Assembly: GCA_944358385.1 (NCBI GenBank) | Contig: CALVQW010000006.1 | Coordinates: 28,780-92,779 of the forward strand | Direction of reading: 5' to 3' | Length of the DNA: 64,000 nt | From: an uncultured Clostridia bacterium | Lineage (GTDB): Bacteria > Bacillota > Clostridia > Christensenellales > CAG-917 | In this document: in pieces, positions 56,308 through 64,000 of the stretch | Layout: each line of letters opens with the position of its first letter | How positions within the stretch are numbered: position 1 is the first letter of the stretch | Translations under genes and position numbers: made by a program | Notes under the pieces: model-generated | What the model was told of the DNA's origin: nothing | Databases searched by the model: none | What the model saw: only the letters and a program-made list of their open reading frames with translations

Positions 56308-56366
56308 AAAGTATTCTCGAAAATGGCGAAAAGTATTATACTTTACGCCGATAGTGAGAATACTTT
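56308..56366. repeat. Dispersed repeat family E, copy 1
   Basis: AAAGTATTCTC (56308-56318), 37 nt containing AAAAGTATTATAC, then GAGAATACTTT (56356-56366). The 11-bp arms are perfect. Confidence 0.7.
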
Positions 56367-56539
56367 GCCGCTTTCACCTGTCTATCGACAGGTGCGTGCG
56401 ATGTGGCGCGAAAAGTGTGTTCGGGCAAAAATGCTCAATGACATAGGACAAAAACACACGCGATTTGACGATGCATTGCCCGTCCGGCGATGGGAAAACG
56501 CCTGCCGTGCGCGGCGACAAAATGCGGAACGCCTGCAAC

Positions 56540-56570
56540 AAAAAACGCCGCCGGGCGATGCTCGGCGGCG
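56540..56570 (-). terminator. Intrinsic terminator of the metallophosphoesterase gene
   Basis: On the minus strand, CGCCGCCG pairs with CGGCGGCG (56570-56546), followed by TTTTTT (56545-56540). Confidence 0.8.
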
Positions 56571-56586
56571 TGGGGATGTAGTGCGG

Positions 56587-57276
56587 TCAGAAGATCTCCA
56601 CCAAAGTGTTGTTGACCAAGTCGCAGGAAGTGAGGTAATAGGGGATGCCGTTCTTGTAAACTACGGGGGTGGCACGGGCGTTTTTGCCGTGCAGGTGACC
56701 GTAAGTGACTGCGTTTACGCCGTGTTTTTCCAAAAGGGCGGTGACTTCGCTGTCATTGCGCTTTGCGTCGAAAGGGGGATAGTGCAGCATGGCTATGAGT
56801 GTGTCGCCCTCTGTGCGCATGCGTTCCGCGCAGGCGAGGGAAAGCTCCAGACGTATGAGTTCCCTGGCATAAACTTTCAGGTCGCGTTCGTCCGCGGCGT
56901 CGCAGGGCATCGTCCAGCCCCTTGTCCCCGCAACGAGGTAGCTGCCGAAACGCAGGCAGTTGTTTTGCACGAACTCAAACTCCGGAAAGGCGGCGCGCAT
57001 CCTGCTTATCGCGCTCCAATAGAGGTCGTGGTTGCCTTTCACCACCGCTTTTTTGCCGGGGAGGGCGGCGATGGCGGCGTAATCGGGTGCCGCCTCTTCG
57101 AGGCGCATCCCCCACGAGAGGTCTCCGCCGAGCAAAACGAGATCCTCCTCTCCGACCTTTGCGCGCCAATCCGCGCTCACTTTGTCGAAGTGGTCTGTCC
57201 AGCCGTCGCCGAAGATGTCCATCGGTTTTTCCACGGCGTGGGAGAGATGAAGATCGCTGATGGCAAAAACTTTCAC
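56587..57276 (-). CDS. Metallophosphoesterase (calcineurin-like)
   Basis: 229-aa ORF with a GTG start. SDLHL, GGDLSWG, GNHD and GHLHG motifs are present. Confidence 0.8.
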   Translation of the reverse strand: MKVFAISDLHLSHAVEKPMDIFGDGWTDHFDKVSADWRAKVGEEDLVLLGGDLSWGMRLEEAAPDYAAIAALPGKKAVVKGNHDLYWSAISRMRAAFPEFEFVQNNCLRFGSYLVAGTRGWTMPCDAADERDLKVYARELIRLELSLACAERMRTEGDTLIAMLHYPPFDAKRNDSEVTALLEKHGVNAVTYGHLHGKNARATPVVYKNGIPYYLTSCDLVNNTLVEIF

Positions 57277-57282
57277 GCCGTC

Positions 57283-57310
57283 ATTTTACCACAAATCCGT
57301 GATTTTGCAA
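57283..57310 (-). promoter_or_regulatory. Promoter ending 6 nt before the GTG start of the metallophosphoesterase gene
   Basis: On the minus strand: TTGCAA (57310-57305), 16 nt, TGg-TAAAAT (57291-57283), GACGGC, GTG (57276). Confidence 0.5.
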
Positions 57311-57470
57311 CGCCGAAGATCAAAATGCGGAAATCAAACGCTTTCAACGCCTCTCCGAGCGTCTGTGAGGCATTCTGCGGCGTTTTGCGCGCGTCGCCGA
57401 TGTCGGCGGCGTCGAAAGGGTAAGTCCACACAAAATCGCGCAGGGGCGTCTGTGCGCGCTCTCGCGCGAT

Positions 57471-57568
57471 CCCGCATTATGCGTGCGTGCGCAAGCGGAC
57501 TGCCGCAGATCTACACAACAATGTCTGTCCCTGCTGCCCGAATTATGCGTGCGTGCGCAAGCGGACTG
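57471..57568 (+). repeat. Two 32-bp direct repeats separated by a 34-bp unique spacer
   Basis: CCCG(C/A)ATTATGCGTGCGTGCGCAAGCGGACTG at 57471-57502 and 57537-57568 (31 of 32 identical). Confidence 0.85.
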
Positions 57569-57636
57569 TGTTCCCGATGAGCGTGAGTGGCTCTTGGGGC
57601 GGCTTTTGAGTGCGGACGAAAAGACGGAAATAGAGC

Positions 57637-57666
57637 GAAAGAGTGCCGCCGATGCGGCACTCTTTC
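57637..57666. terminator. 13-bp-stem hairpin downstream of the 57734..58366 gene
   Basis: GAAAGAGTGCCGC (57637-57649) pairs with GCGGCACTCTTTC (57654-57666). The T/A residues lie within the stem ends and there is no long external T run. Confidence 0.55.
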
Positions 57667-57733
57667 GTGAGTGTGTTCGGGCTGTCCTGCGGCGCGCACT
57701 TTGTGCGCCGTGCGCCCTTTTGCTCCGCTCCCG

Positions 57734-58366
57734 TCATCCGGGGAAGAGTGGCAGGTCGAACACCCCTTGGCACACTTCCTGCGAGAACTCCGTGCAGGGC
57801 GGGATCTTGCAATAGCCGTAGGACGGCACGAGCAGATCCACGTCCGCAAGCACTTTCATCACCACGGTCGTGCAAGCCGTGATGGAGAAGGTGGAGCCGC
57901 TGACGTACACCCCGTTGGGGCTTGCCATGTTGACGGTGGCGGCGAGTTCCGCAGGGAAAACGCTGCCCGTGGGCACGCACATCACGATGTCCTCGGTGAG
58001 CGACACCGTCCCCGTACCGGAGCCTTCGACGCCATTGGCGTCGGTGTAGTTGATCCTGACTGGGATGGATACCGTGGCAAGCACCCTCGACAGCCCCGGT
58101 CTGTCCACGAGGGGAGTGACCGTGAGCGCGGTTATGGTCCCCCTCGACGAGGTGGACGTGCCGCTGACGAAGGTGAGCGGTTCTGCGGGAGAAGCCGGCG
58201 TGAGGTCGGTGAGGGTGACGGAGAGTGTCTCCAACGTGTTTTGTGAGATGCACGCGTCGAACACCTTTCTGACCTGGATGCAGACCTTCTCGCAAAGTCC
58301 GTTCATCGGATTGCCGCTTATGTTCCCGGGACACTTGTCGGCGGATCGAGAATTGCAAAAAGACAT
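57734..58366 (-). CDS. Hypothetical Cys-flanked, Thr/Val/Ser-rich protein, 210 aa
   Basis: ORF-track entry with a strong SD AAGGAGGTAA (58380-58371). Five Cys lie in the first 39 aa (CEKVCIQVRKVFDAC) and three in the last 28 (YCKIPPCTEFSQEVC), around a beta-strand-like core. Both overlapping alternative ORFs have antisense-type composition. Confidence 0.6.
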   Translation of the reverse strand: MSFCNSRSADKCPGNISGNPMNGLCEKVCIQVRKVFDACISQNTLETLSVTLTDLTPASPAEPLTFVSGTSTSSRGTITALTVTPLVDRPGLSRVLATVSIPVRINYTDANGVEGSGTGTVSLTEDIVMCVPTGSVFPAELAATVNMASPNGVYVSGSTFSITACTTVVMKVLADVDLLVPSYGYCKIPPCTEFSQEVCQGVFDLPLFPG

Positions 58367-58622
58367 CTTTTTACCTCCTTTTTTGCTTTTGCTGTAATAT
58401 ATGCCGCCGTCCGCCCCGTGGTGATTTTCTCTCCGCCGGGCGGTGAATAAAGTTCACTTGTAAACCGAAATGATAAACTTATGAACGATTGAAAAGGCGA
58501 AAATTGAAGGGCAGCAGGAGGGTGTGAGAGGGAAGTGTTATTTATCGTTACGGGAAAAACGCCACTAAATAGTGGATTTTTCGGAAATACTAAAATTTTT
58601 TAAGAAAATTTAGGCAAACCTG

Positions 58623-58651
58623 TTGACGGGTGGTCAAGAATGGTTTAGAAT
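58623..58651 (+). promoter_or_regulatory. dcw-cluster (mraZ) promoter
   Basis: TTGACG (58623-58628), 17 nt, TAGAAT (58646-58651), preceded by an A/T-rich UP-like stretch. Confidence 0.65.
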
Positions 58652-58670
58652 GCAGACAAGGAGTTGTGAG

Positions 58671-59117
58671 ATGGCTAAGTTCCTGCTCGGCAACGTTCGT
58701 CATCAGCTTGACGACAAAGGCAGAATGCGAATCCCCGCCAAGTACCGCGAGGCACTGGGCGGCTCTTGTTGCATTCTCCCCGGCAGAGCGGGCTGCCTCT
58801 TCATCGTCCCGGAGGATAAGCTCATCGAGACGTTGGAGGCGGTGCGGGCGGAAAACGCCTTTGCCAACAGTGAGGAAAACGAGCTGTCCACTTCCATCAC
58901 CGCCAATGCGGACTATCTTGAGGAAGATCCGCAGGGCAGAGTGCGTCTCCCCGCAGGGCTTGCAAAGCTGGTGGGCATAGGCAAAGAGATCGTGTTCGTC
59001 GGCAAGATGACCTATCTCGAAGTGTGGCCCGCCGAGACGTGGGACGCAAGGTACAGTGTGCTCAACCCCGACAATCTCTCCCGCATGTTGGAGAGGCTGA
59101 GAAACTTGGGGGTGTAA
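58671..59117 (+). CDS. mraZ: Transcriptional regulator MraZ
   Basis: In-frame part of ORF-track 58623..59117, with ATG 58671 after AAGGAG. It has two SpoVT/AbrB-like repeats with DDKGRMRIPAKYR and DPQGRVRLPAGL. Confidence 0.9.
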   Translation: MAKFLLGNVRHQLDDKGRMRIPAKYREALGGSCCILPGRAGCLFIVPEDKLIETLEAVRAENAFANSEENELSTSITANADYLEEDPQGRVRLPAGLAKLVGIGKEIVFVGKMTYLEVWPAETWDARYSVLNPDNLSRMLERLRNLGV

Positions 59118-59118
59118 G

Positions 59119-60072
59119 TTGGAATATGCTCACAAGCCCGTCATGCTCCGCGAGTGTATCGACGCGCTCAACATCCTGCCCGACGGCATCTACCTCGACG
59201 GCACGATGGGTGGCGGCGGACACTCGGCGGAGATAGCGCGGCGGCTGACCGAGGGCGGCAGGCTGATCGCGGTGGACCGCGACGCGGACGCCCACAAAGC
59301 CGCAAGAGAGCGGCTGAAAGAGTACATTGACAGAGTGACGTTCCTCCGCGACGACTTCAAAAACGCGTGCGCGGATCTGGACGAAATGGGCATAGGCAGG
59401 CTCAACGGCGTGCTGCTCGACCTCGGAGTGTCCAGCTGGCAGCTTGACTCCGCCGAGCGCGGGTTCAGCTATATGAAGGACGCGCCCCTGGATATGCGCA
59501 TGGACAGAGACGCACGTCTCACCGCATACGACGTCGTCAACGGCTATGACGAGAGCGAGCTTCAACGCATCTTCCGCGAATACGGCGAGGAGAAACTTGC
59601 GGGGAAGATAGCGGCGAAGATAGTGCGTGAGCGCGAGAAAGCTCCCATAGAGACGACTTTGCGGCTTGCGGAGCTGGTGGCGGGGTGTTACCCGCCCGCG
59701 ACGAGGCACAAGTTCGGGCATCCGGCAAAGAGAGTGTTCCAGGCGGTGCGCATAGAGGTGAACGGCGAGCTTAACGGTCTTGCCGACGCGGTGACGGAGC
59801 TGGCTTTGAGGCTCGCGCCCGAGGGCAGGATGGCGGTGATCACCTTCCATTCGTTGGAGGACAGGATCGTCAAAAACGCCTTCAAACAGCTCACTCTCTC
59901 CTGCACCTGTCCCCCGGATTTCCCGGTGTGCGTGTGCGGGAAGGTGAAAGAGGCCGAACTCGTCAACACCAAACCCATCACGGCGTCCGCCGCCGAGCTT
60001 GAGGAGAATCCGAGAGCGGAAAGCGCGAAACTCAGAGTCATCAGACGGCTCGATAACGAAAGGCACAAGTGA
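59119..60072 (+). CDS. rsmH: 16S rRNA (cytosine1402-N4)-methyltransferase
   Basis: 317-aa ORF with a TTG start. HKPVML, DGTMGGGGHS, LLDLGVSSWQLD and ITFHSLEDRIVK motifs are present. Confidence 0.93.
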   Translation: MEYAHKPVMLRECIDALNILPDGIYLDGTMGGGGHSAEIARRLTEGGRLIAVDRDADAHKAARERLKEYIDRVTFLRDDFKNACADLDEMGIGRLNGVLLDLGVSSWQLDSAERGFSYMKDAPLDMRMDRDARLTAYDVVNGYDESELQRIFREYGEEKLAGKIAAKIVREREKAPIETTLRLAELVAGCYPPATRHKFGHPAKRVFQAVRIEVNGELNGLADAVTELALRLAPEGRMAVITFHSLEDRIVKNAFKQLTLSCTCPPDFPVCVCGKVKEAELVNTKPITASAAELEENPRAESAKLRVIRRLDNERHK

Positions 60073-60082
60073 GGTGAATATT

Positions 60083-60754
60083 ATGGCTATCACGTTGGAT
60101 GAACTGCTCGGACGCGGAAGGGGAGAGTCTCCTCAGGATGCCGCCGTGGACAGGTTCCCCTCCTACGGCGAGTTTACCGCCCGTCGCACCGCCCGTGACG
60201 ACGCGGCGTCTTACGACACCGCAGGTTACGGCTATGATTACGACCTCGACCGCCGCGCTCCCGCGGCGATGCCTCCCCGCACTGCGGAAGCGGCGAGAGA
60301 ATACGAAGCCTCCCGTCCCTACCGTGCGCCGAGAGAGGAGGAGTACCGTGCGGACTACTCCGTCCGCGAGAGGTCGCTGCCTTCAGACGCCGGATATGAC
60401 CGAGAGAGAGGTCGTGCGGGAGAGAGCGGACTTTACGAATTCACCAGAAACGACGCGGAACGCGCCTCCGGCGAGGAGCTTTATGAGAGGCTTTCCTCCA
60501 CGGGCAGCGTGCAGAACTCCGCAAGATACGAACAGGCGGCGAGAGCGAGCTATCTCTCGGAGGACTACGCCGCCAAGTACCGCGCCGAGAACGGCGGCAA
60601 GAAAAAGAGACGTTTCGGCTTGAAGGCGAAACTTCTCATCGCGGCATACGTCATCGTGCTGGCTGTGGTGGGCGTGCTCATCATCGTCAATGCCGTCCCC
60701 CTCAACGAGGGTACCGCGGCTGTCCCCGCGAGCGGCATCGTCTCCGTGCTGTGA
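60083..60754 (+). CDS. Tail-anchored membrane protein with a long disordered Arg/Glu/Asp/Tyr-rich cytoplasmic region, in the ftsL position
   Basis: In-frame part of ORF-track 59999..60754, with ATG 60083 after GAGGTGA. It has a single TM helix (LLIAAYVIVLAVVGVLIIVNAV) about 20 aa from the C-terminus. Confidence 0.6.
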   Translation: MAITLDELLGRGRGESPQDAAVDRFPSYGEFTARRTARDDAASYDTAGYGYDYDLDRRAPAAMPPRTAEAAREYEASRPYRAPREEEYRADYSVRERSLPSDAGYDRERGRAGESGLYEFTRNDAERASGEELYERLSSTGSVQNSARYEQAARASYLSEDYAAKYRAENGGKKKRRFGLKAKLLIAAYVIVLAVVGVLIIVNAVPLNEGTAAVPASGIVSVL

Positions 60755-60790
60755 GACATAATCCGCCGCATGCCCGAATAGGATTCGGGT

Positions 60791-62725
60791 ATGAGACGGC
60801 AACAAAAAGACCATAATCAATCCCCAATAATTCATAATCCGAGGAAAAGGCTGCTTGCGGTTCTGCTGCTGGCGGCTTTTTCCTTTGCCGCGATCCTGGG
60901 AAAGATGGGTGCGGTGATGATAGGAGGGGGAGAGGAATTGCAGGCAAAAGCCGTGACTCAATGGATGCGGGATGTCCCCACCGAAGCCCCGCGGGGACGC
61001 ATCCTCGACCGCAACGGCGTCGTGCTTGCGGACACGCTGACGAGATACAACATCTACGTCCGCCCCAACGCCGTGACGGACAAACCCGCCGTGGCGAGCC
61101 TTCTTGCCGAGCTTTTCGGCTACACTTACGAGGACGCTCTGGAAAAGATCTCCGCCCGCGTCTCAGAGGTGACGGTGGCGAGGGGAGCGGAAAAAGAGCA
61201 GCTCAACGCCGTCATCGCGTCCGGGCTTTCCGGGATATATTACGGCGAGGACAATCTCAGGAGCTATCCTTTCGGGAACATGCTGACGCAGGTGTTGGGA
61301 TTCACCGGCTTCGACGGCGACGGGCAGACGGGGTTGGAGGCATATTACGACAAGTATCTCAAAGGCAGGGACGGGGCGATACTCACGGACACCGACCTCG
61401 TGGGACGGGAGATAGAGGGGGGAGGCAGCACCTATCTTCCCGCCGTGCGCGGCATGGACGTCGTGACCACGCTGGATTCCGCTGTACAGCGCATCGCCGA
61501 GGGCGCGCTCAGGAACGTGGCGGCGAAGTTCTCTCCCAAGTCCGCGTCCTGCATAGTCATGGATTACACCACGGGGGAGATAGTCGCGCTCGCGGAATAT
61601 CCCTCCTTCGATCTCAACGACGTCCCCCGCGACGATCTCACATACCTTTTCGACACATCAAAGTGCAAGTCCGTCTCCACGGTGTACGAGCCGGGTTCCA
61701 CATTCAAGATCCTCACCGCCGCGGCGGCTCTCGACACGGGGAGCGTCAAGGTGACGGACACATTTTACTGTGCGGGTTCGCGCATGGTGGACGGGCAGAA
61801 GATCCGTTGCTGGAAGGCGAAGGGACACGGTTCGGTGAGCTTCGCCGAAGGGGTGGAGCAGAGCTGCAACTGCGTGTTCATGGACAGCGCGCTGAGGATG
61901 GGGACGGCGACTTTTTACGACTATCTTCTGGACGCTTTCGGTCTCAAAAGCAAGACGGGCGTGGACGTGACGGGGGAGACCGCGGGCATCTTCATCGCCG
62001 AGGAGAGCGTGAAGAGCGTGGACCTTGCGAGGATAGGCTTCGGTCAGGCGGTCGCGGTGACTCCGATAGGGTTGCTTGCGGCGGCGTCCTCCGTCGTCAA
62101 CGGCGGCATATCCGTCACTCCCCACCTCTTGAAAGAGGTGCGGGACACCTATTCCGGCATCACGATGGCGGGAGAGGTCTCGGAAGGCAGACGCACCGTC
62201 AAAGAGGAGACTTCCGCCGTCATGCGCACCCTGCTGGAAAACGTGGTCAAGAACGGGAGCGGCAAGAGCGCGTATGTGGCGGGTTACAGCATAGGCGGCA
62301 AGACGGGGACGGCGCAGAAATACGAGAACGGACACATCGCGCAGGGGAAATACATCTCCTCCTTCCTCGGATTCTCCTTCGAGGAGGACGCGCCCTATGC
62401 CGTGCTTCTCACGGTGGACGAACCGCAGGGGTATATGTACTACGGCTCTCTCGTCGCGGCACCCGCGGTGGGAGAGATCTTCGGGAGCATATTCGCCTAT
62501 CTCGGCGTGGAGGCGGAGTTCACGGGAGAGGAGGCGGAAGTGATCGGAGAGCCTTTCGCCCTTCCCGACCTTGCGGGCATGAGCGTGCAGCAGGCAAGGG
62601 CGAAGCTTGCAAAACTCGGACTGCACGTCGAGACGGACGGGGAGGGAAATTCGGTGACGGGGCAGCTGCCCGCCGCGGGGACGAAGGTGGACGGAAGGAA
62701 TACCGTGCTGCTCTTTACGGGGTAG
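60791..62725 (+). CDS. Class B penicillin-binding protein (FtsI/SpoVD-like) with a C-terminal PASTA domain
   Basis: 644-aa ORF with an N-terminal TM anchor. The transpeptidase motifs are STFK, SCN and KTGTA, followed by a PASTA-like C-terminus. Confidence 0.9.
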   Translation: MRRQQKDHNQSPIIHNPRKRLLAVLLLAAFSFAAILGKMGAVMIGGGEELQAKAVTQWMRDVPTEAPRGRILDRNGVVLADTLTRYNIYVRPNAVTDKPAVASLLAELFGYTYEDALEKISARVSEVTVARGAEKEQLNAVIASGLSGIYYGEDNLRSYPFGNMLTQVLGFTGFDGDGQTGLEAYYDKYLKGRDGAILTDTDLVGREIEGGGSTYLPAVRGMDVVTTLDSAVQRIAEGALRNVAAKFSPKSASCIVMDYTTGEIVALAEYPSFDLNDVPRDDLTYLFDTSKCKSVSTVYEPGSTFKILTAAAALDTGSVKVTDTFYCAGSRMVDGQKIRCWKAKGHGSVSFAEGVEQSCNCVFMDSALRMGTATFYDYLLDAFGLKSKTGVDVTGETAGIFIAEESVKSVDLARIGFGQAVAVTPIGLLAAASSVVNGGISVTPHLLKEVRDTYSGITMAGEVSEGRRTVKEETSAVMRTLLENVVKNGSGKSAYVAGYSIGGKTGTAQKYENGHIAQGKYISSFLGFSFEEDAPYAVLLTVDEPQGYMYYGSLVAAPAVGEIFGSIFAYLGVEAEFTGEEAEVIGEPFALPDLAGMSVQQARAKLAKLGLHVETDGEGNSVTGQLPAAGTKVDGRNTVLLFTG

Positions 62726-62872
62726 CGCGCCGCCCCTTCCGGGCGGACGCGGACCGTGCGCCTTTTAGCTTTGAGAGAAGAAATTTTCCGTCCTTGTCTA
62801 ATTTTACCGCGCCGTTGACCGCCGCATTTTTTATACCTAACATAAGCGTATAACTTATGCGGGAGGTAGTCT

Positions 62873-64000
62873 ATGAGACTTAACGAACTGCTCGCCGACG
62901 TGGAAACGGAAAGATTGTGCGCGGACGGCGATGCGGAAGTGCGATCGCTGAAAATACACTCCGCCGAGGTGGAGGACGGGGACGTCTTTTTCGCCATGAA
63001 GGGCGGGCGCGACGACGGAAACAGGCACATCGGGGAGATAAAGGCAAAGTGCATCGTCGTCACGGAACAAACGCCGGAGACGGAGTGCGCATATGTCCTC
63101 GTGCGCGACGTGCGCAAGGCTTACGCGCTGATGTCGGCGGCGTTTTGGGGACACCCCGCACGGGATATGAAGTTCGTCGCCGTGGTGGGCACCAACGGCA
63201 AGACTTCCACCGCGCATTACACCGCGTCTCTGCTTTCCGCGGCGGGATTCTCCACGGGGATAATAGGCACGGAAGGGCATTTCATAAACGGCGAGAAGGT
63301 GGGGGCGAGCCTCACCACGCCCGACAGCTTCGAACTCAACCGACTCCTCTTCGAGATGAGGGCGAGAGGGGTGGATGCGGTGGTGGCGGAAGTCTCCGCG
63401 CACGCCATCGCACTGAAAAAGACGGCGGGTATCACTGCGGACATCGCCGTTTTCACCAACCTCACGAGGGATCATCTGGACTATTTCCGCACTTTTGAGG
63501 AGTATAAAGAGGCGAAGATGTCCTATTTTTCGCACGACAACGTGAAAAAGGCGGTGGTGAACTCCGACGACGCCTGCGGCAGAGAGCTGCTTTCCCGGCT
63601 GGAAGGCGAGGGGATCCCGGCGGTGAGCTACGGGCTTTACTCTCCCGCGGATTCCTTTGCGGTCAATGTCGTCGAGGATATGGACGGAGTGCGTTTTGTC
63701 GCCAATCTCTCCGACGACATCGTGGAAGTGCGTTCCCGCCTGATGGGGGAGTTCAACGTCTACAATCTGCTCGCGGCTATGACTGCGGCAAGGGAACTCG
63801 GCGTGAGTGCGGAGACGCTCAGCCGCGTCGCATCCGGAGTGCGTGGGGTGCGGGGAAGGTTCAGCATCCTGAAAAACGACAGGGGGAGCATAGTCATCGA
63901 CTATGCGCACACCCCGGACGGGCTGGAAAATCTGCTGCGCACCGCGCGTTCCCTCACCAAATCCCGCCTCATCGCAGTGTTCGGCTGCGGGGGAGAGAGG
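62873..64000 (+). CDS. murE: UDP-N-acetylmuramoyl-L-alanyl-D-glutamate--2,6-diaminopimelate ligase (3' end outside the window)
   Basis: Not in the ORF track because it runs off the window. My translation from ATG 62873 (SD GGGAGGTAG) gives MRLNELLADV..., the P-loop VVGTNGKTST, then DYAHTPDGLENLL and FGCGGER near the window end. Confidence 0.9.
   Translation, partial: MRLNELLADVETERLCADGDAEVRSLKIHSAEVEDGDVFFAMKGGRDDGNRHIGEIKAKCIVVTEQTPETECAYVLVRDVRKAYALMSAAFWGHPARDMKFVAVVGTNGKTSTAHYTASLLSAAGFSTGIIGTEGHFINGEKVGASLTTPDSFELNRLLFEMRARGVDAVVAEVSAHAIALKKTAGITADIAVFTNLTRDHLDYFRTFEEYKEAKMSYFSHDNVKKAVVNSDDACGRELLSRLEGEGIPAVSYGLYSPADSFAVNVVEDMDGVRFVANLSDDIVEVRSRLMGEFNVYNLLAAMTAARELGVSAETLSRVASGVRGVRGRFSILKNDRGSIVIDYAHTPDGLENLLRTARSLTKSRLIAVFGCGGER

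Noticed and set aside
57471-57568. Calling the two 32-bp repeats a CRISPR array
   Set aside because: There are only two repeats, no cas genes or leader in the window, and no terminal degenerate repeat. It is kept as a generic repeat feature and a low-interest finding instead.

Overview
This is a high-G+C (over 60% by eye) chromosomal core segment from a Firmicutes/Clostridia-like bacterium. It carries about 60 protein-coding genes, roughly 50 on the + strand, and almost all are housekeeping. In order: dapF (partial)-dapL, tyrS, an IMPACT/YigZ protein, ilvE, recX, nnrD, a SipW-type signal peptidase, comM-dprA-topA-trmFO-hslV-hslU-hisS, an RseC-like protein, trxA, glyA, a small S8-protease cluster, a class-V aminotransferase plus DUF3343, nth, an nfnA/nfnB-like pair, obg, fused nadD::yqeK, rsfS, FMN riboswitch-ribU::tsaE-tsaB-rimI, a membrane-anchored murF-like gene plus ddl, icd, a CE4 deacetylase, a tandem-OB SSB-like protein, a GH36 enzyme, yggS-sepF-lspA-rluD, rqcH, tig-clpP-clpX, engB, a metallophosphoesterase, and the start of the dcw cluster (mraZ-rsmH-X-pbp-murE, partial). 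I found no rRNA, tRNA, cas, transposase, integrase or phage genes, and no recognisable defence or toxin genes, so I cannot name a clear new multi-gene system. Routine annotation leaves several things unexplained. (1) An FMN riboswitch controls an in-frame ribU::tsaE fusion and probably tsaB-rimI. (2) A MurF-like ligase has its N-terminal domain replaced by a polytopic membrane domain and is paired with ddl. (3) Five promoters are placed so that transcription should begin on the start codon (leaderless geometry). (4) A 1.9-kb gap between dapL and tyrS holds a MITE-like element, an orphan gene, a candidate sRNA with a consensus promoter, and a G10 tract. (5) An 830-bp gene-free gap lies where lon usually sits between clpX and engB, packed with palindromes and repeats. 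(6) Two dispersed repeat families recur across the window. (7) Several proteins are atypical: a Cys-flanked beta-rich orphan, a tail-anchored disordered protein in the ftsL slot, and Tig with a KKPAA tail. All family assignments come from reading motifs by eye; no database search was possible.
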